From positions 928,001 through 992,000 of the forward strand of contig CAWCNY010000006.1 of NCBI GenBank assembly GCA_963797095.1: a stretch of 64,000 nucleotides of DNA, given 5' to 3'. Below, in pieces: positions 9,452 to 19,300 of the stretch. The position numbers and the translations under genes are program-made. Every line of letters begins with the position of its first letter. Position 1 is the first letter of the stretch. The stretch comes from an uncultured Chloroflexia bacterium. GTDB taxonomy: Bacteria > Chloroflexota > Chloroflexia > QHBQ01 > JADMIH01. A model generated the notes under the pieces. That model saw only the letters and a list, made by a program, of their open reading frames with translations. It made no database searches and was not told the origin of the DNA.

Positions 9452-9485
9452 AGTTTGTGAGTTCCTTTGTCACGGAATTAACCCC

Positions 9486-10724
9486 TTACCCTTGGATGAC
9501 CTCTGCAACCTTGTCAGCATCTGCGAGAGCTGTCTTCCTGGCGATGGCTGCCAACTCGGCAATCCGGCGGGACTCCTCTTCACGTGCAGCCCATAGTTCT
9601 CTCAACTTCGCTTTCATTTCTTCGGGGTCCGGTTGCTGCCGCTCAATTTCGATAACCCAGTGGTCGAGATCAAGCTCCTCCATGAAGCCTCGCACTTTGT
9701 GCGCGTAAGATAGAGCGATCATCGGCACGGCCTGCGCCGCCGCGAATATGAGGGCGTGCAGCCTCATGCTCACCAGCAGATCGGCCTTGCCCACATAGCC
9801 TGAGAACTTGCCCGGAGTATGCTCCAGCTTCGCGTAGATTATCATTTCCTGTGGCACTCCCATCGCCAGAGCCGCCTTCCCCACGACGGCCAGCATCTCT
9901 TCATCGCGGTCGGGCCAGAGGGGTAGCAGCACCGCTCGCGCCCCGAATTCCTCAACCGCTACCTTGATAGAGCCTGCCACCCCCTCCACCAACCTTTCGA
10001 GGCGGCCCGGCTCCTGTCTCCACTCGGTGCCCAGCCTGTGCCGCAGGCTTACCGGCAATAGATAGTGAAGCCCCAACCCCGGCCTGTTGGCAGGTAGATG
10101 CCGCACGCAGAAGATCACCACAGGTTTGCCATCGCCAGGCCAGTTGTCCTCCCCCAGTTCGGGTTTGAGCAAGATGGCGGGGTCTGCCGTTACCTTCACC
10201 CTGTGGGGAGGCACCCCGGCGCCCACCAGCAGCCGCTTCGAGGCCACATCGCGGACGCTGAAGTAATCCGCAGATCGGCAAATGAAGCGCGCCAGCAACC
10301 TGCCGAGCAGTGTCCAGAGCGGTTCCGCACCGAGGCCCCAACCGATCACCTTCAGGCCGAGCAACTTCGCCAGTGCTATATGCACCGCATAAATAGGGAG
10401 ATTGTACACACTCGTGCCGTCCTGAATAAGGCCTCCTCCCCCCAATATGAGAGCTTTGGCCCCGGCCAGGGCGCGGATCGTGCCTCGATTGAAGGGGTTG
10501 CGCGGCACGCTTGGAACTCCGAGCCGCCCGCCCGTCTTGCCGGGGTTGGTCGATATGGCTACCAGGTCATCGAAGCCGCGCTCTCTGAGGCTCTCGATGA
10601 TTACCTGCACAAGCGCCTCATCCCCCGTGTTGTTGCTCCCATACCACCCCAGGATCACTATTCGTTTGCGCTCGCTACTCGCTACTTTCTTTCCCCCCCA
10701 CTTGCTCGCCGCGTGCCTGGGCAA
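9486..10724 (-). CDS. Polysaccharide pyruvyltransferase, CsaB-like (start uncertain)
   Basis: GWYGSNNTGDEAL, GGGGLIQD, SVRDVAS, ADPA, SMRLHALIFA motifs. Confidence 0.85.
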   Translation of the reverse strand: MPRHAASKWGGKKVASSERKRIVILGWYGSNNTGDEALVQVIIESLRERGFDDLVAISTNPGKTGGRLGVPSVPRNPFNRGTIRALAGAKALILGGGGLIQDGTSVYNLPIYAVHIALAKLLGLKVIGWGLGAEPLWTLLGRLLARFICRSADYFSVRDVASKRLLVGAGVPPHRVKVTADPAILLKPELGEDNWPGDGKPVVIFCVRHLPANRPGLGLHYLLPVSLRHRLGTEWRQEPGRLERLVEGVAGSIKVAVEEFGARAVLLPLWPDRDEEMLAVVGKAALAMGVPQEMIIYAKLEHTPGKFSGYVGKADLLVSMRLHALIFAAAQAVPMIALSYAHKVRGFMEELDLDHWVIEIERQQPDPEEMKAKLRELWAAREEESRRIAELAAIARKTALADADKVAEVIQG

Positions 10725-11802
10725 TTCGCATGAACACTTGCAGGTAGCGGCGGGCGATTATGTCCCATGAGTACCGGCTGCGGACGAATTCGCGGGCCTG
10801 CTTGCCTAGCTCGGCGCGACGCTCGTCATCGGCAAGCAGGTCGAGTATCGTAGTTACGTATGTGTCGGTGTCCAGGGGGTCGATCAATATGCCGTTCTGG
10901 CCGGGCACTATGGCTTCCGGTATGCCATCCAGTTTGGAAGCCACCACATAGCGTCCCGCTGCCGCCGCTTCCAGGGCCACCAGGCCGAAGCCCTCTATAT
11001 CGTTTTGCACGGGAATATTAGGCATGATGAAAAGGTCGGCCACACTATAGGCTGCCCTCAGCGTATCGTCGTCCACTCTTCCCAGCAAGGCCACGTGGTT
11101 GCCCAGGTGCAGGGAGGCTATGCGTGTCTCGATCAGGTCGCGTTGCGGCCCTTCACCCACGATTAGGTAGGAAATATCATCGCGCTGCGCCAGCAGCCTC
11201 GGCATGATCTCGGTCAGGAAGTGCACTACACCCTTGCGCTCGATCAGCCTACCTACGGTGAGCAGCACTTTGCGGCCCCGGACCATCTTGCCCGCGTGGT
11301 TCTGAATATTGCGCATCCCAGCCGACGTGAACTGGTCGGCGAACTCCACCATATTGACCCCGTTTGGAATTACCTCGCACAGCGCCGCCGGAACGCCACG
11401 CCTGATGCACTGGGTGCGCGTGTAGCTGCTCACGCAGATGATTTTGTCAATGCGCCTGAGGCAGCGCGGGATCAGCCACTGGTAGAACCGGTTGTCGTAA
11501 GTAATATCGAGGCCATGCACGGTTACTACCACAGGCACGCGCAGGAGGGTGCGTAGGGCCAACCCAAGAGGGGCGAGCAATGCATCCGACAGGTGGATCA
11601 GTTTGATGTGATTCGACCGGGGCACGGTGAGCACCGCGCGCAGGAAGGCGTACACAACGAAGAACGGCACGAACAGCGTCGAGCCGCCCCAGTAGATCGT
11701 CGAGGTTGGTGTGAGACGCCCGGTCTCCTTGGTCAGGCTCTGGCTCAACTTCTGCATCCCGCCCACCGAAGGCGGGTGCTTTCGTGTAATGAAAAGTATC
11801 AT
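10675..11802 (-). CDS. GT4 (group 1) glycosyltransferase
   Basis: PPSVGGM, HGLD, GRLIERKG, EGFGLVALEAAAAG...GIPEAI. Confidence 0.92.
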   Translation of the reverse strand: MILFITRKHPPSVGGMQKLSQSLTKETGRLTPTSTIYWGGSTLFVPFFVVYAFLRAVLTVPRSNHIKLIHLSDALLAPLGLALRTLLRVPVVVTVHGLDITYDNRFYQWLIPRCLRRIDKIICVSSYTRTQCIRRGVPAALCEVIPNGVNMVEFADQFTSAGMRNIQNHAGKMVRGRKVLLTVGRLIERKGVVHFLTEIMPRLLAQRDDISYLIVGEGPQRDLIETRIASLHLGNHVALLGRVDDDTLRAAYSVADLFIMPNIPVQNDIEGFGLVALEAAAAGRYVVASKLDGIPEAIVPGQNGILIDPLDTDTYVTTILDLLADDERRAELGKQAREFVRSRYSWDIIARRYLQVFMRIAQARGEQVGGKESSE

Positions 11803-11877
11803 TCGTTCTCTGCGAGCAAGCTCATGCGGATTGCTCCGTTTATTTTACCTTATGAGCGCAAATCCACAGAGGCAACT

Positions 11878-11960
11878 GTATTGCGTATTGCGTACTTCGT
11901 ACTGCTTATTTTTGTTTGCTTGAACATTTACGCAATACGCAATACGAAGTACGCAGTATG
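11878..11960. repeat. Inverted pair of heptamer (TACGCAA/TACGCAG) arrays
   Basis: gtattgcgtattgcgtacttcgtactgc opposite tacgcaatacgcaatacgaagtacgcagtatg. Confidence 0.8.
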
Positions 11961-11962
11961 TA

Positions 11963-12988
11963 CTATAGCCTCGTGCTGATCGCCCCCCATATGCCGATGC
12001 CTATCAGCGACCAGAGCCTTGCCAGCAGGGCGGCGGCTGTCGCCGCGGGTGCGGGCACGCCGAGCACCGCCAGCAGCGTCACGATGATGAACTCCCTCAC
12101 GCCCAACCCCTGCGGCACGAAGATCGCCATGTAACCGCCCACCCACGCCACAGTAAATATGCCTGTGACCACCGGCAGGTAAAGAAGGGAAATATCGGGG
12201 TAGACGGCGGCCAGCAGCATGTAGAAGATCGCGCCGAAGGCCAGCCAGTTGAGCGCGAAAGGAATTGTTATTCGTACCACGTCTGCCGTCGACAGGCGCA
12301 CTCCCAGCGGCTTTCGCCCGAACCTGACCAGCAGCCAATCCACCAATCTGAAGAAGATGTCAGGTCGCCACACGGCGGCGATAATGCCTATGGCGGCTGG
12401 TATCACGGCCCACAAAGGCGGGTCGGGCCATGCCGCCAGGCTCAGACTTGCAACCGCTATCGCCCCTAGCAGGTTAAGAGCCGACTCGATCACCACGCTC
12501 ACCGCCGTCATTAGCTTGGGCACTCCTGCCTGCTCGGCCAGGTACACACGGCTGACCGCGTGCCACATAGAGCCTGGGAGGAACCCCGCCAGCGACGAAT
12601 AATAGACCATCCTCACGCTCTTGCGGAAGGGGAGAGGGTAGCCAAGCCACCTCATGATCTGCCACCACGACCACACCGGCAACGGCCCACGTGCCACCAG
12701 CAGCAGGAACGCCAGCACCAGCCAGCCCGGCTCCAGCCTCCACTCATATGATGCGAACTTGGGTCCCAGGTCATACAGCGCCAGCCCGAAGAAGATCAGC
12801 ACCAGCGCGGTGATCGCCACCTGCGCCCACCTGCGCACTCGCGCATCCGCGATCCAGCGCCTTACTCCATCTATACTCCTGGCTTTCAACTTCCACGTCC
12901 TGGCGTGGGTCTTGCTGTACAAATACGACGGCGCATGTACCAAGTATATCATCTTGCACACGTACATTCGCGCTTGTAGCCCTTTCAC
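11963..12988 (-). CDS. LPG-synthase-TM / flippase-like membrane protein (true start may be downstream)
   Basis: Polytopic membrane protein with LAGFLPG and PQGLGVRE motifs. Confidence 0.8.
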   Translation of the reverse strand: MKGLQARMYVCKMIYLVHAPSYLYSKTHARTWKLKARSIDGVRRWIADARVRRWAQVAITALVLIFFGLALYDLGPKFASYEWRLEPGWLVLAFLLLVARGPLPVWSWWQIMRWLGYPLPFRKSVRMVYYSSLAGFLPGSMWHAVSRVYLAEQAGVPKLMTAVSVVIESALNLLGAIAVASLSLAAWPDPPLWAVIPAAIGIIAAVWRPDIFFRLVDWLLVRFGRKPLGVRLSTADVVRITIPFALNWLAFGAIFYMLLAAVYPDISLLYLPVVTGIFTVAWVGGYMAIFVPQGLGVREFIIVTLLAVLGVPAPAATAAALLARLWSLIGIGIWGAISTRL

Positions 12989-13095
12989 CTCTGTGCTATA
13001 CTTCCCGTTGCCCCATTTTCCAATTCTATTTCACGGGCACCAATTGTTTCTTACGGAATAATTTCGTCTTGCCAATATTTTCCTGGGAGGCTCCA

Positions 13096-15570
13096 ATGAA
13101 ATCCAGGTCGTCGCGCCTGACGCGCAATCTTGTCATTACTCTGGCTCTGCCGGCGCTTTTGTCTCTACCTTTTGTCGCTAACGCTTCGATGCGAACCTCG
13201 CTGCCGTCCGCCGCGACCGGGGTTGATCGCAGCAGCGGCCTGATCGGGGCGGGCGACTGGCCCATGTATGGGCGCGACTTTCAGCGCACTAACTACAACC
13301 CCGACGAGACCACTATCAACGCGGGCAATGTGGCGCAGTTAGTGCAACGCTGGCAGGCGAATATCGGCTTTAGCGGCTCGGCAACTTCGGCAGCGCCCAG
13401 CATTGCTAACGGCGTGGTTTACGCAGGCAGCAGCGCGGCTTCTCCCGCTAACAACTTCTTCGCGTTCGACGCGATCACAGGGAGTTCGGTCTTTTCCGAG
13501 GCAATAGGCTACCGCAATCCCGGCTGCTTCAACGTCGGCATCGGCTCAACACCAGCCATATCGGGGACGCAGGTGGTGATCGGGGCGGACAACGCCAGCA
13601 GCAACCCGTCGTATTACGGTTTCAGCACCTCCAACGGATCTCAGGTCTGGGACAATCCTATGGGAGTTGGGGCCAGCGGCTTTCCCTGGGCGTCTGCCTT
13701 CCTGTACAACGGGCGCGCTTACATAGGTATAGCTTCGCGTTGCGATAATCCATCGGTGCGCGGTGAGCTACGCGCCATCGATATGACCGATGGCAGCACG
13801 GTTGGCAGCGCCTTCATCGTGGGTCCGGGTGAGCGCGGGGGGGGCATCTGGAACTCGCCGGCCCTGTCGGTTGATGGCACTATCATAGCTATCGGGACGG
13901 GCGAGGACTATAGCTGCACCGATTGCTCGCTGACGCGCAGCATGGTGACGGTTGATGCAGATACGCTGGCGGTATTGCAGCACCACCAGGAGCCATCGCC
14001 GAACCAGGACCTGGACTTCGGCACCACCCCGGTGATCTTCCACGATAACCTGGGCCGCGATCTGGTGGGCGCCGGCCACAAGAACAATACCTTCTATGTT
14101 TACGACCTGAGCGATGTGAACAGTGGAGCGATCTGGACGCGCAGCACAGGTGGTGTCGCTGTAGGGCTGATGCCTGCCTATGATCCCGACTACGGGAGCG
14201 GCGGCACGCTCTTCATCGTCAACAGTAGTATCACGGCGGTGGACCCTGCCAACGGAGGTGTCAGATGGGGCCCCGTGTCGATAGGTACCTCCCACGGCAA
14301 CATAGCAATCGCCAACGGCCTGATCTTTGTCAACCGGGGCAGCAGTGGCCTGGATATCAGAAGCGAAAGCGACGGCAGCTTGTTGCGTAACCTCCCACCA
14401 CCCAACGCGGGATCGGCCAATTCGGGCGTAGCGGTATCGCATGGCTTTATCTACTGGCTCTCAGGCTCATACCTGAACGCATGGAGCCTCCCTGCTGGCA
14501 CACCTTCAACCACACCCACAGCAGGCTCGCCCACCGCCACCAATACTCCAACCAATACGCCTACCCACACCTCAACTTCCACCAACACTCCGACCCCCCT
14601 GCCTCCAACCGGCACTTCCACGCCCAGCGCTACCAACACCACAGGCCCCACCTCGACCTCTACTGACACGCCCTTGCCCACCAACAGCCCGACAAATAGC
14701 CCAACGGCCACCAACACGGCCACCACTGCGCCCACTCAAACACCGGGTGGTCCAACCGCTACTCCTGTGCCTACCGATACCGCCACCAATACCCCTGCGC
14801 CACCTACAGATACTCCCGTGGGTGCGAGTGCCACGCCTACATCTCCGCCTGCCTCCACTGCTACTTCCACCAGGCCACCCACGGCCACAGCCCCACCACC
14901 CGCAACCGCCACGCCCACAACGTGCGTAATAGAGTTCACAGATGTACCTCCTGGCAGCACCTTCTACGCGTACATAGAGTGTCTCGCCTGCCGTGGGATT
15001 ATCAACGGTTACACGTCAGGGTGTGAGACAGGCAACCCATGTTTCCGCCCCGGTGATCTCGTGACAAGGGGCCAACTAGCCAAGATAGTGTCCAACTCGG
15101 CGGGCTTCAACGAGGATCCGGGCCCCCAGCGCTTCCAGGATGTGCCTCTAGGCTCAACCTTCTTTGATTTCATAGGGAGGCTTGCCAGCCGCGACATCAT
15201 CTCCGGATATCCATGCGGTGGTCCTGGCGAGCCATGCGTGGGTCCTTACAATCTGCCTTACTTCAGGCCCAACGCCAACGTCACAAGGGGGCAGATGTCC
15301 AAAATTGTGGCAGAGGCGGCAGGTTATAGCGAGATTGCAGGCCCACAGCAGTTCCAGGACGTAGTCCCAGGCTCAACATTCTACGATTACATCTGGCGGC
15401 TGACCGATAGAGGTATCATAAGCGGTTATCCGTGCGGCGGGGTAGGAGAGCCATGCGTAGACCCTGGCGACCTGCCATACTTCAGGCCCGGAGCCAACGC
15501 CACCAGGGGACAAGCATCGAAGATCGTGTCCAATACCTTCTTCCCTGAGTGCCTACCCACCATTCGCTAG
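13096..15570 (+). CDS. Secreted PQQ-like beta-propeller protein with Thr/Pro stalk and three C-terminal SLH domains
   Basis: ATG at 13096 after GGAGG; signal peptide; DWPMYGRD..RT, GGGIWNSPA, DLDFG; FTDV/FQDV...GIISGY...FRP...TRGQ repeated three times. Confidence 0.85.
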   Translation: MKSRSSRLTRNLVITLALPALLSLPFVANASMRTSLPSAATGVDRSSGLIGAGDWPMYGRDFQRTNYNPDETTINAGNVAQLVQRWQANIGFSGSATSAAPSIANGVVYAGSSAASPANNFFAFDAITGSSVFSEAIGYRNPGCFNVGIGSTPAISGTQVVIGADNASSNPSYYGFSTSNGSQVWDNPMGVGASGFPWASAFLYNGRAYIGIASRCDNPSVRGELRAIDMTDGSTVGSAFIVGPGERGGGIWNSPALSVDGTIIAIGTGEDYSCTDCSLTRSMVTVDADTLAVLQHHQEPSPNQDLDFGTTPVIFHDNLGRDLVGAGHKNNTFYVYDLSDVNSGAIWTRSTGGVAVGLMPAYDPDYGSGGTLFIVNSSITAVDPANGGVRWGPVSIGTSHGNIAIANGLIFVNRGSSGLDIRSESDGSLLRNLPPPNAGSANSGVAVSHGFIYWLSGSYLNAWSLPAGTPSTTPTAGSPTATNTPTNTPTHTSTSTNTPTPLPPTGTSTPSATNTTGPTSTSTDTPLPTNSPTNSPTATNTATTAPTQTPGGPTATPVPTDTATNTPAPPTDTPVGASATPTSPPASTATSTRPPTATAPPPATATPTTCVIEFTDVPPGSTFYAYIECLACRGIINGYTSGCETGNPCFRPGDLVTRGQLAKIVSNSAGFNEDPGPQRFQDVPLGSTFFDFIGRLASRDIISGYPCGGPGEPCVGPYNLPYFRPNANVTRGQMSKIVAEAAGYSEIAGPQQFQDVVPGSTFYDYIWRLTDRGIISGYPCGGVGEPCVDPGDLPYFRPGANATRGQASKIVSNTFFPECLPTIR

Positions 15571-15604
15571 GATATATACAATCAGATTAGGTTCCCAGCA
15601 GAAG

Positions 15605-15786
15605 ACATCCAGAGTTTTAGGTTCAGGTTCGCGTGCGTAAGATCCGTTTCTAAAAAGAGCAAAATTGGCGGCCTTGCCGCCAATTTTGCTCTTTTTAGAA
15701 GGCCCCTCCCCAAATTTTGGGGAGGGGTTGGGGTGGGGTCTTTGGTCGTTCCCGATCTGAATCTAAAATTCGGGATGATCCATGTT
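15605..15786. repeat. Dispersed palindromic repeat family A, copy 1 (MITE/REP-like; likely bidirectional terminator)
   Basis: 25-bp perfect stem 15648-15700, CCCCTCCCCAAATTTTGGGGAGGGG hairpin, G-tracts, imperfect terminal inverted repeats; homologous to 25787-25960. Confidence 0.75.
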
Positions 15787-15802
15787 ATATTCATGCTTAG
15801 AT

Positions 15803-18022
15803 TCAATAATACCCCAGATATGCCGCGAAGATGCTCCCCAGATCGGTCTTGGAGTGCTTCTGGAATATGGACGTAAGGCCAATGGGCGTGGCACGCTTGA
15901 ACTTGTACGTGATGTAGTAGTCCTGCAACGCCGCGTAAAACGCATCGTCCCCCATTGCTTTTCGCACTCGACCTAGTATTACCGTGCCACTATCGTATAC
16001 AGCCGCCGTGTATTGGTTCTCGCTGGCGAAGCCGCTATACACCCCTGCCGATACCGGCCTGCTGGTTGTTGCGCTATCGGTCATCGAAGCCCACGATCGA
16101 TCGTATACCAATGGGAAGTTCGCCCGGATATACTCCGTTGTTACATAGGTGGTCATCGCTTCGTCCAGCCAGGGGTCGGTCAACTGGTTGTTGCCTATGG
16201 TCGAATAGAACCACTGGTGCCCTACCTCATGCACAGGCGTATACCACGTCCATGTGCCTGGCGTGGTGCCCAGGCTCAGCCACGAGGTTGGTATGAAGTA
16301 TGCCATGGGGTACTCCTGGGCATAGTCGTCGGTTTTCTCAAGGGGCACACCCATCTCGGCTATGCTATACGTATCGAACGGGTAGGCCCCGATCTTGTCG
16401 CCGAACCACGCCAGCGCAGGCCCGCACAGCGCCAACTGTTTCTGACCTGCCGCCTTGTACCTCTGCAAGAAGAAAGCCAGCATCTTCACGTGCCCCTCCT
16501 GGCGGGTCATGCTGGCGTCCTCCCAGGGGTTGATGAAGCGCGGTGACACGACATACGCAACATCGCGCACGCTATCCGCCTGAAAACGCCAGAGCGTGCC
16601 GTCGGCGCTCCGCTCGGTAGATTTGCCTGTGCCGCCCACTACCAGCCTTTCGCCATCCGGCGATTGTACTGTGATCGAGTAATCGGCGGACGGGTTGTTG
16701 CCCAGGTCGCCCAGGTCAGAATACGGGTAATACTGCCAGCCGCCGTTCTCGAAAGGCACCACGGTAGGCAACATATCCCCCATGCTCAGAATATCGTTCG
16801 TTTTGTCGTAGCCGGTTCGCCCGCCCGCCGGTCTCGGCTTGAGGTCCGCCGATAGCTGAATGTTGACCTTATCTCCGGGCGCGGCTGCTTTCGGCAGGCG
16901 CACTTCAAGATTGATCCCGTAGCGCCAGCCTGTCTCGGCATCTTGCCCATCTACCTTCACGCTCTCAAGCGTAAACACACCCTTCCAGTAATTCCAGACG
17001 GAGCGCAGGATGGCCCGGTCTAGTGGCGCGCCGGTAGCGTTGGACAGGGTGACTGTCTCGTCAATATGCACGGCTCGCGTGGGCGCGCTACCTACCGTGA
17101 TCTGCGCGCTGTACTGCGCGTCCATTTGCGCCTCGTGGCGGTCGGCGTAACGCCACTGCCAGTAGTGCCTCCCCACGTTGCCCATCTCCACCTGGGTGGC
17201 GGTGGGGTTGGCCGGGTTATATGTGAGCGTGCGCCGCTCGAACAACTGCACAAGCACTGTGCTCATCTGCCCATTGATCGGCACGATGATCCAGTAGGGT
17301 TCGGTGATCGGGTATCCGAGCGTATAGAGCCAATCAAAGTTGCTCGGTCTGCCCTCTGAGTTGGCATAATCCCAGAACGGCGCTGCCCAGTTGTGCCCCG
17401 ATGCCTCCTCGAAGTGTGATAATGTCACCTGCGCGGGTGTATCCAGCCCGCCTACCTGCTCGATCTCGTCGCCGTTACGTCTCAGGTAGGAGTTGCCCGG
17501 CAACGGCTGGGCTGCCAGATTTGTGGCTCGGCCCGTGAGCCTGGAGAATTGCGCGTAAGTCGGCCCGCTATCGCCGCCGCCATCCCCTGCAATCTCCACG
17601 TTGGCTGGACCTATCGTGTACCAGTTGCCGCTCCCGGTCTCCACCGCGCCCGCCACCATTTCTTTGACCAGTAAGCCGCTTGTGACGTACCAGGGCGAGC
17701 TTTGGTCGCCTGCCGGGTCGTTGACCTCCAGCCTCCCTTTGTCGAAATACTGCACAAGGTGGTTGCCCTCGGGCGCGTCGGTGAGCGGCTCGTAATCGGT
17801 GTAGAACGGCCCAGGCCCCCACATCCATGCTCGTTCCACCTGGCCCGACGCGACCGGACCATCGTCGCGCTGCCACACGGCTCGTATCTGAGAATCGGCA
17901 AACCCCTCCGAAGGCGCTGCCAGCGCGCTCTGTGTGCTTGTGACTAATGCCTGGCATACAGCGCCCAGGCATATTAAGAGTGCGAGAATACGGGCGAGGT
18001 TTGTGGTTCGGCGCGCCGTCAC
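15803..18022 (-). CDS. Secreted M1-family metallopeptidase with N-terminal Chloroflexota-type surface module
   Basis: PVHEVGHQWF, WLDEAMTTY, catalytic Tyr in AVYDSG; GTG at 18022 overlaps upstream stop (GTGA). Confidence 0.85.
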   Translation of the reverse strand: MTARRTTNLARILALLICLGAVCQALVTSTQSALAAPSEGFADSQIRAVWQRDDGPVASGQVERAWMWGPGPFYTDYEPLTDAPEGNHLVQYFDKGRLEVNDPAGDQSSPWYVTSGLLVKEMVAGAVETGSGNWYTIGPANVEIAGDGGGDSGPTYAQFSRLTGRATNLAAQPLPGNSYLRRNGDEIEQVGGLDTPAQVTLSHFEEASGHNWAAPFWDYANSEGRPSNFDWLYTLGYPITEPYWIIVPINGQMSTVLVQLFERRTLTYNPANPTATQVEMGNVGRHYWQWRYADRHEAQMDAQYSAQITVGSAPTRAVHIDETVTLSNATGAPLDRAILRSVWNYWKGVFTLESVKVDGQDAETGWRYGINLEVRLPKAAAPGDKVNIQLSADLKPRPAGGRTGYDKTNDILSMGDMLPTVVPFENGGWQYYPYSDLGDLGNNPSADYSITVQSPDGERLVVGGTGKSTERSADGTLWRFQADSVRDVAYVVSPRFINPWEDASMTRQEGHVKMLAFFLQRYKAAGQKQLALCGPALAWFGDKIGAYPFDTYSIAEMGVPLEKTDDYAQEYPMAYFIPTSWLSLGTTPGTWTWYTPVHEVGHQWFYSTIGNNQLTDPWLDEAMTTYVTTEYIRANFPLVYDRSWASMTDSATTSRPVSAGVYSGFASENQYTAAVYDSGTVILGRVRKAMGDDAFYAALQDYYITYKFKRATPIGLTSIFQKHSKTDLGSIFAAYLGYY

Positions 18023-19281
18023 TTTGTTATAGCCACTTCCACCGGCAGCAGCCTCACCGTAGCGTTTTCGTAGGCCACCGCCAGTACCATGCCATCGGGC
18101 GACCATGCCACCCTGTTTACCTCTCCATCCGCATTATCGGCGCGGTAAAGCTCTTTGCCTTCCGCATCAAATATGCCTACGAGGCCGCTGTTGCTAATAC
18201 CCGATGCTCCTGCCGCTATCATCGTACCGTCGGGAGACCAATCCAGGCTGGTTACACTCGAGCGGAAGCCCCTGAGCGTGCCTAGCTGCAAACCACCGGG
18301 CCGCCAAAGCTCGTTAGCGGCGGCGATCAGCTTGCCATCCGGCGACCAGTCCATCACGTTTATGCTGGTCTGCGCGTGGAAATAAGTCACAAGATTTCCT
18401 GCTGTATCGTAGATTGCCGTGTAGCCGCTCTCGTCGCCTGTCGTCCACATTTTGCTGTCTGGCGACCATGCCATGCCCCAGGATGGCGTGCAATGGGAGC
18501 AACTGATGGCATTGGTGCGGGTAATCACAGTGCCCGTCGCATCCCACAGCGCGTAGTCAACCGCTCCTCCTGCCAGATACTTACCATCGGGCGACCATTC
18601 CAGGTTGTAGAACTTGGCTCCACTCCAATTTGTGTGCAATGTGTTTTCTAGCGTGCTCTCGCGCGTCCAGATTTGTGCGGTGTTCTCTGTGGTGCTCATC
18701 AAACCGCCTGCCGCGATCTTCTCACTATCGGGCGACCATGAAAGGGAGAAGATAGCGCCTACGTCAGTCCGGATGGTCTTATCGAGCGTTCCGTCTTTGT
18801 TCCACAACCTTACCGTGCTGTCTACCGAGCCGCTCGCCAGCGTCTCGCCATCGGGCGACCATGCCAGCGCCTGCACTCCCCCCGTGTGCCCTTGCAACTT
18901 GCCTAGAAGTTTGCCGTCAGCGCTCCAGAGCCATACGTCGTATGTGTTGCTTCCTTTGTCTATCCCGCCAAGACCGCCCATAGCCGTAGCAAGCAGCGTT
19001 CCATCAGGCGACCACGCCAGCGAAGTTACTCCGGATGGAAACCCTGATAGCACCGTTCCCTGCTCGTCACCGCCTGGCGTGGTAGCGGGGGTGGCGACGC
19101 CGATCTCTGTGCCTACCGCCGGTGGAGTGGCGGGGACGGCCGTATCGCTCAAAGGCGTGCTTGTTGCGATGGGTTGGGATGTGGGTTGTGCCATAGGGGT
19201 TGGGGTTGGTGTCTCGCTGTCGCACGCGGCCAGCATCAATAAGGAGAATAGTATCAGGAAGAATAAGAATGCTTGTTTCAT
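18019..19281 (-). CDS. WD40-repeat lipoprotein
   Basis: Lipobox LAAC, repeated WSPDG blades, GHTGGVQALAWSPDG. Confidence 0.9.
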   Translation of the reverse strand: MKQAFLFFLILFSLLMLAACDSETPTPTPMAQPTSQPIATSTPLSDTAVPATPPAVGTEIGVATPATTPGGDEQGTVLSGFPSGVTSLAWSPDGTLLATAMGGLGGIDKGSNTYDVWLWSADGKLLGKLQGHTGGVQALAWSPDGETLASGSVDSTVRLWNKDGTLDKTIRTDVGAIFSLSWSPDSEKIAAGGLMSTTENTAQIWTRESTLENTLHTNWSGAKFYNLEWSPDGKYLAGGAVDYALWDATGTVITRTNAISCSHCTPSWGMAWSPDSKMWTTGDESGYTAIYDTAGNLVTYFHAQTSINVMDWSPDGKLIAAANELWRPGGLQLGTLRGFRSSVTSLDWSPDGTMIAAGASGISNSGLVGIFDAEGKELYRADNADGEVNRVAWSPDGMVLAVAYENATVRLLPVEVAITK

Positions 19282-19300
19282 GGTTACAATTCCACGCCAG

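Noticed and set aside
14500-14925. Repetitive ACC/CCC-rich DNA as a nucleic-acid repeat element
   Set aside because: Fully explained by the Thr/Pro linker codons of the SLH protein
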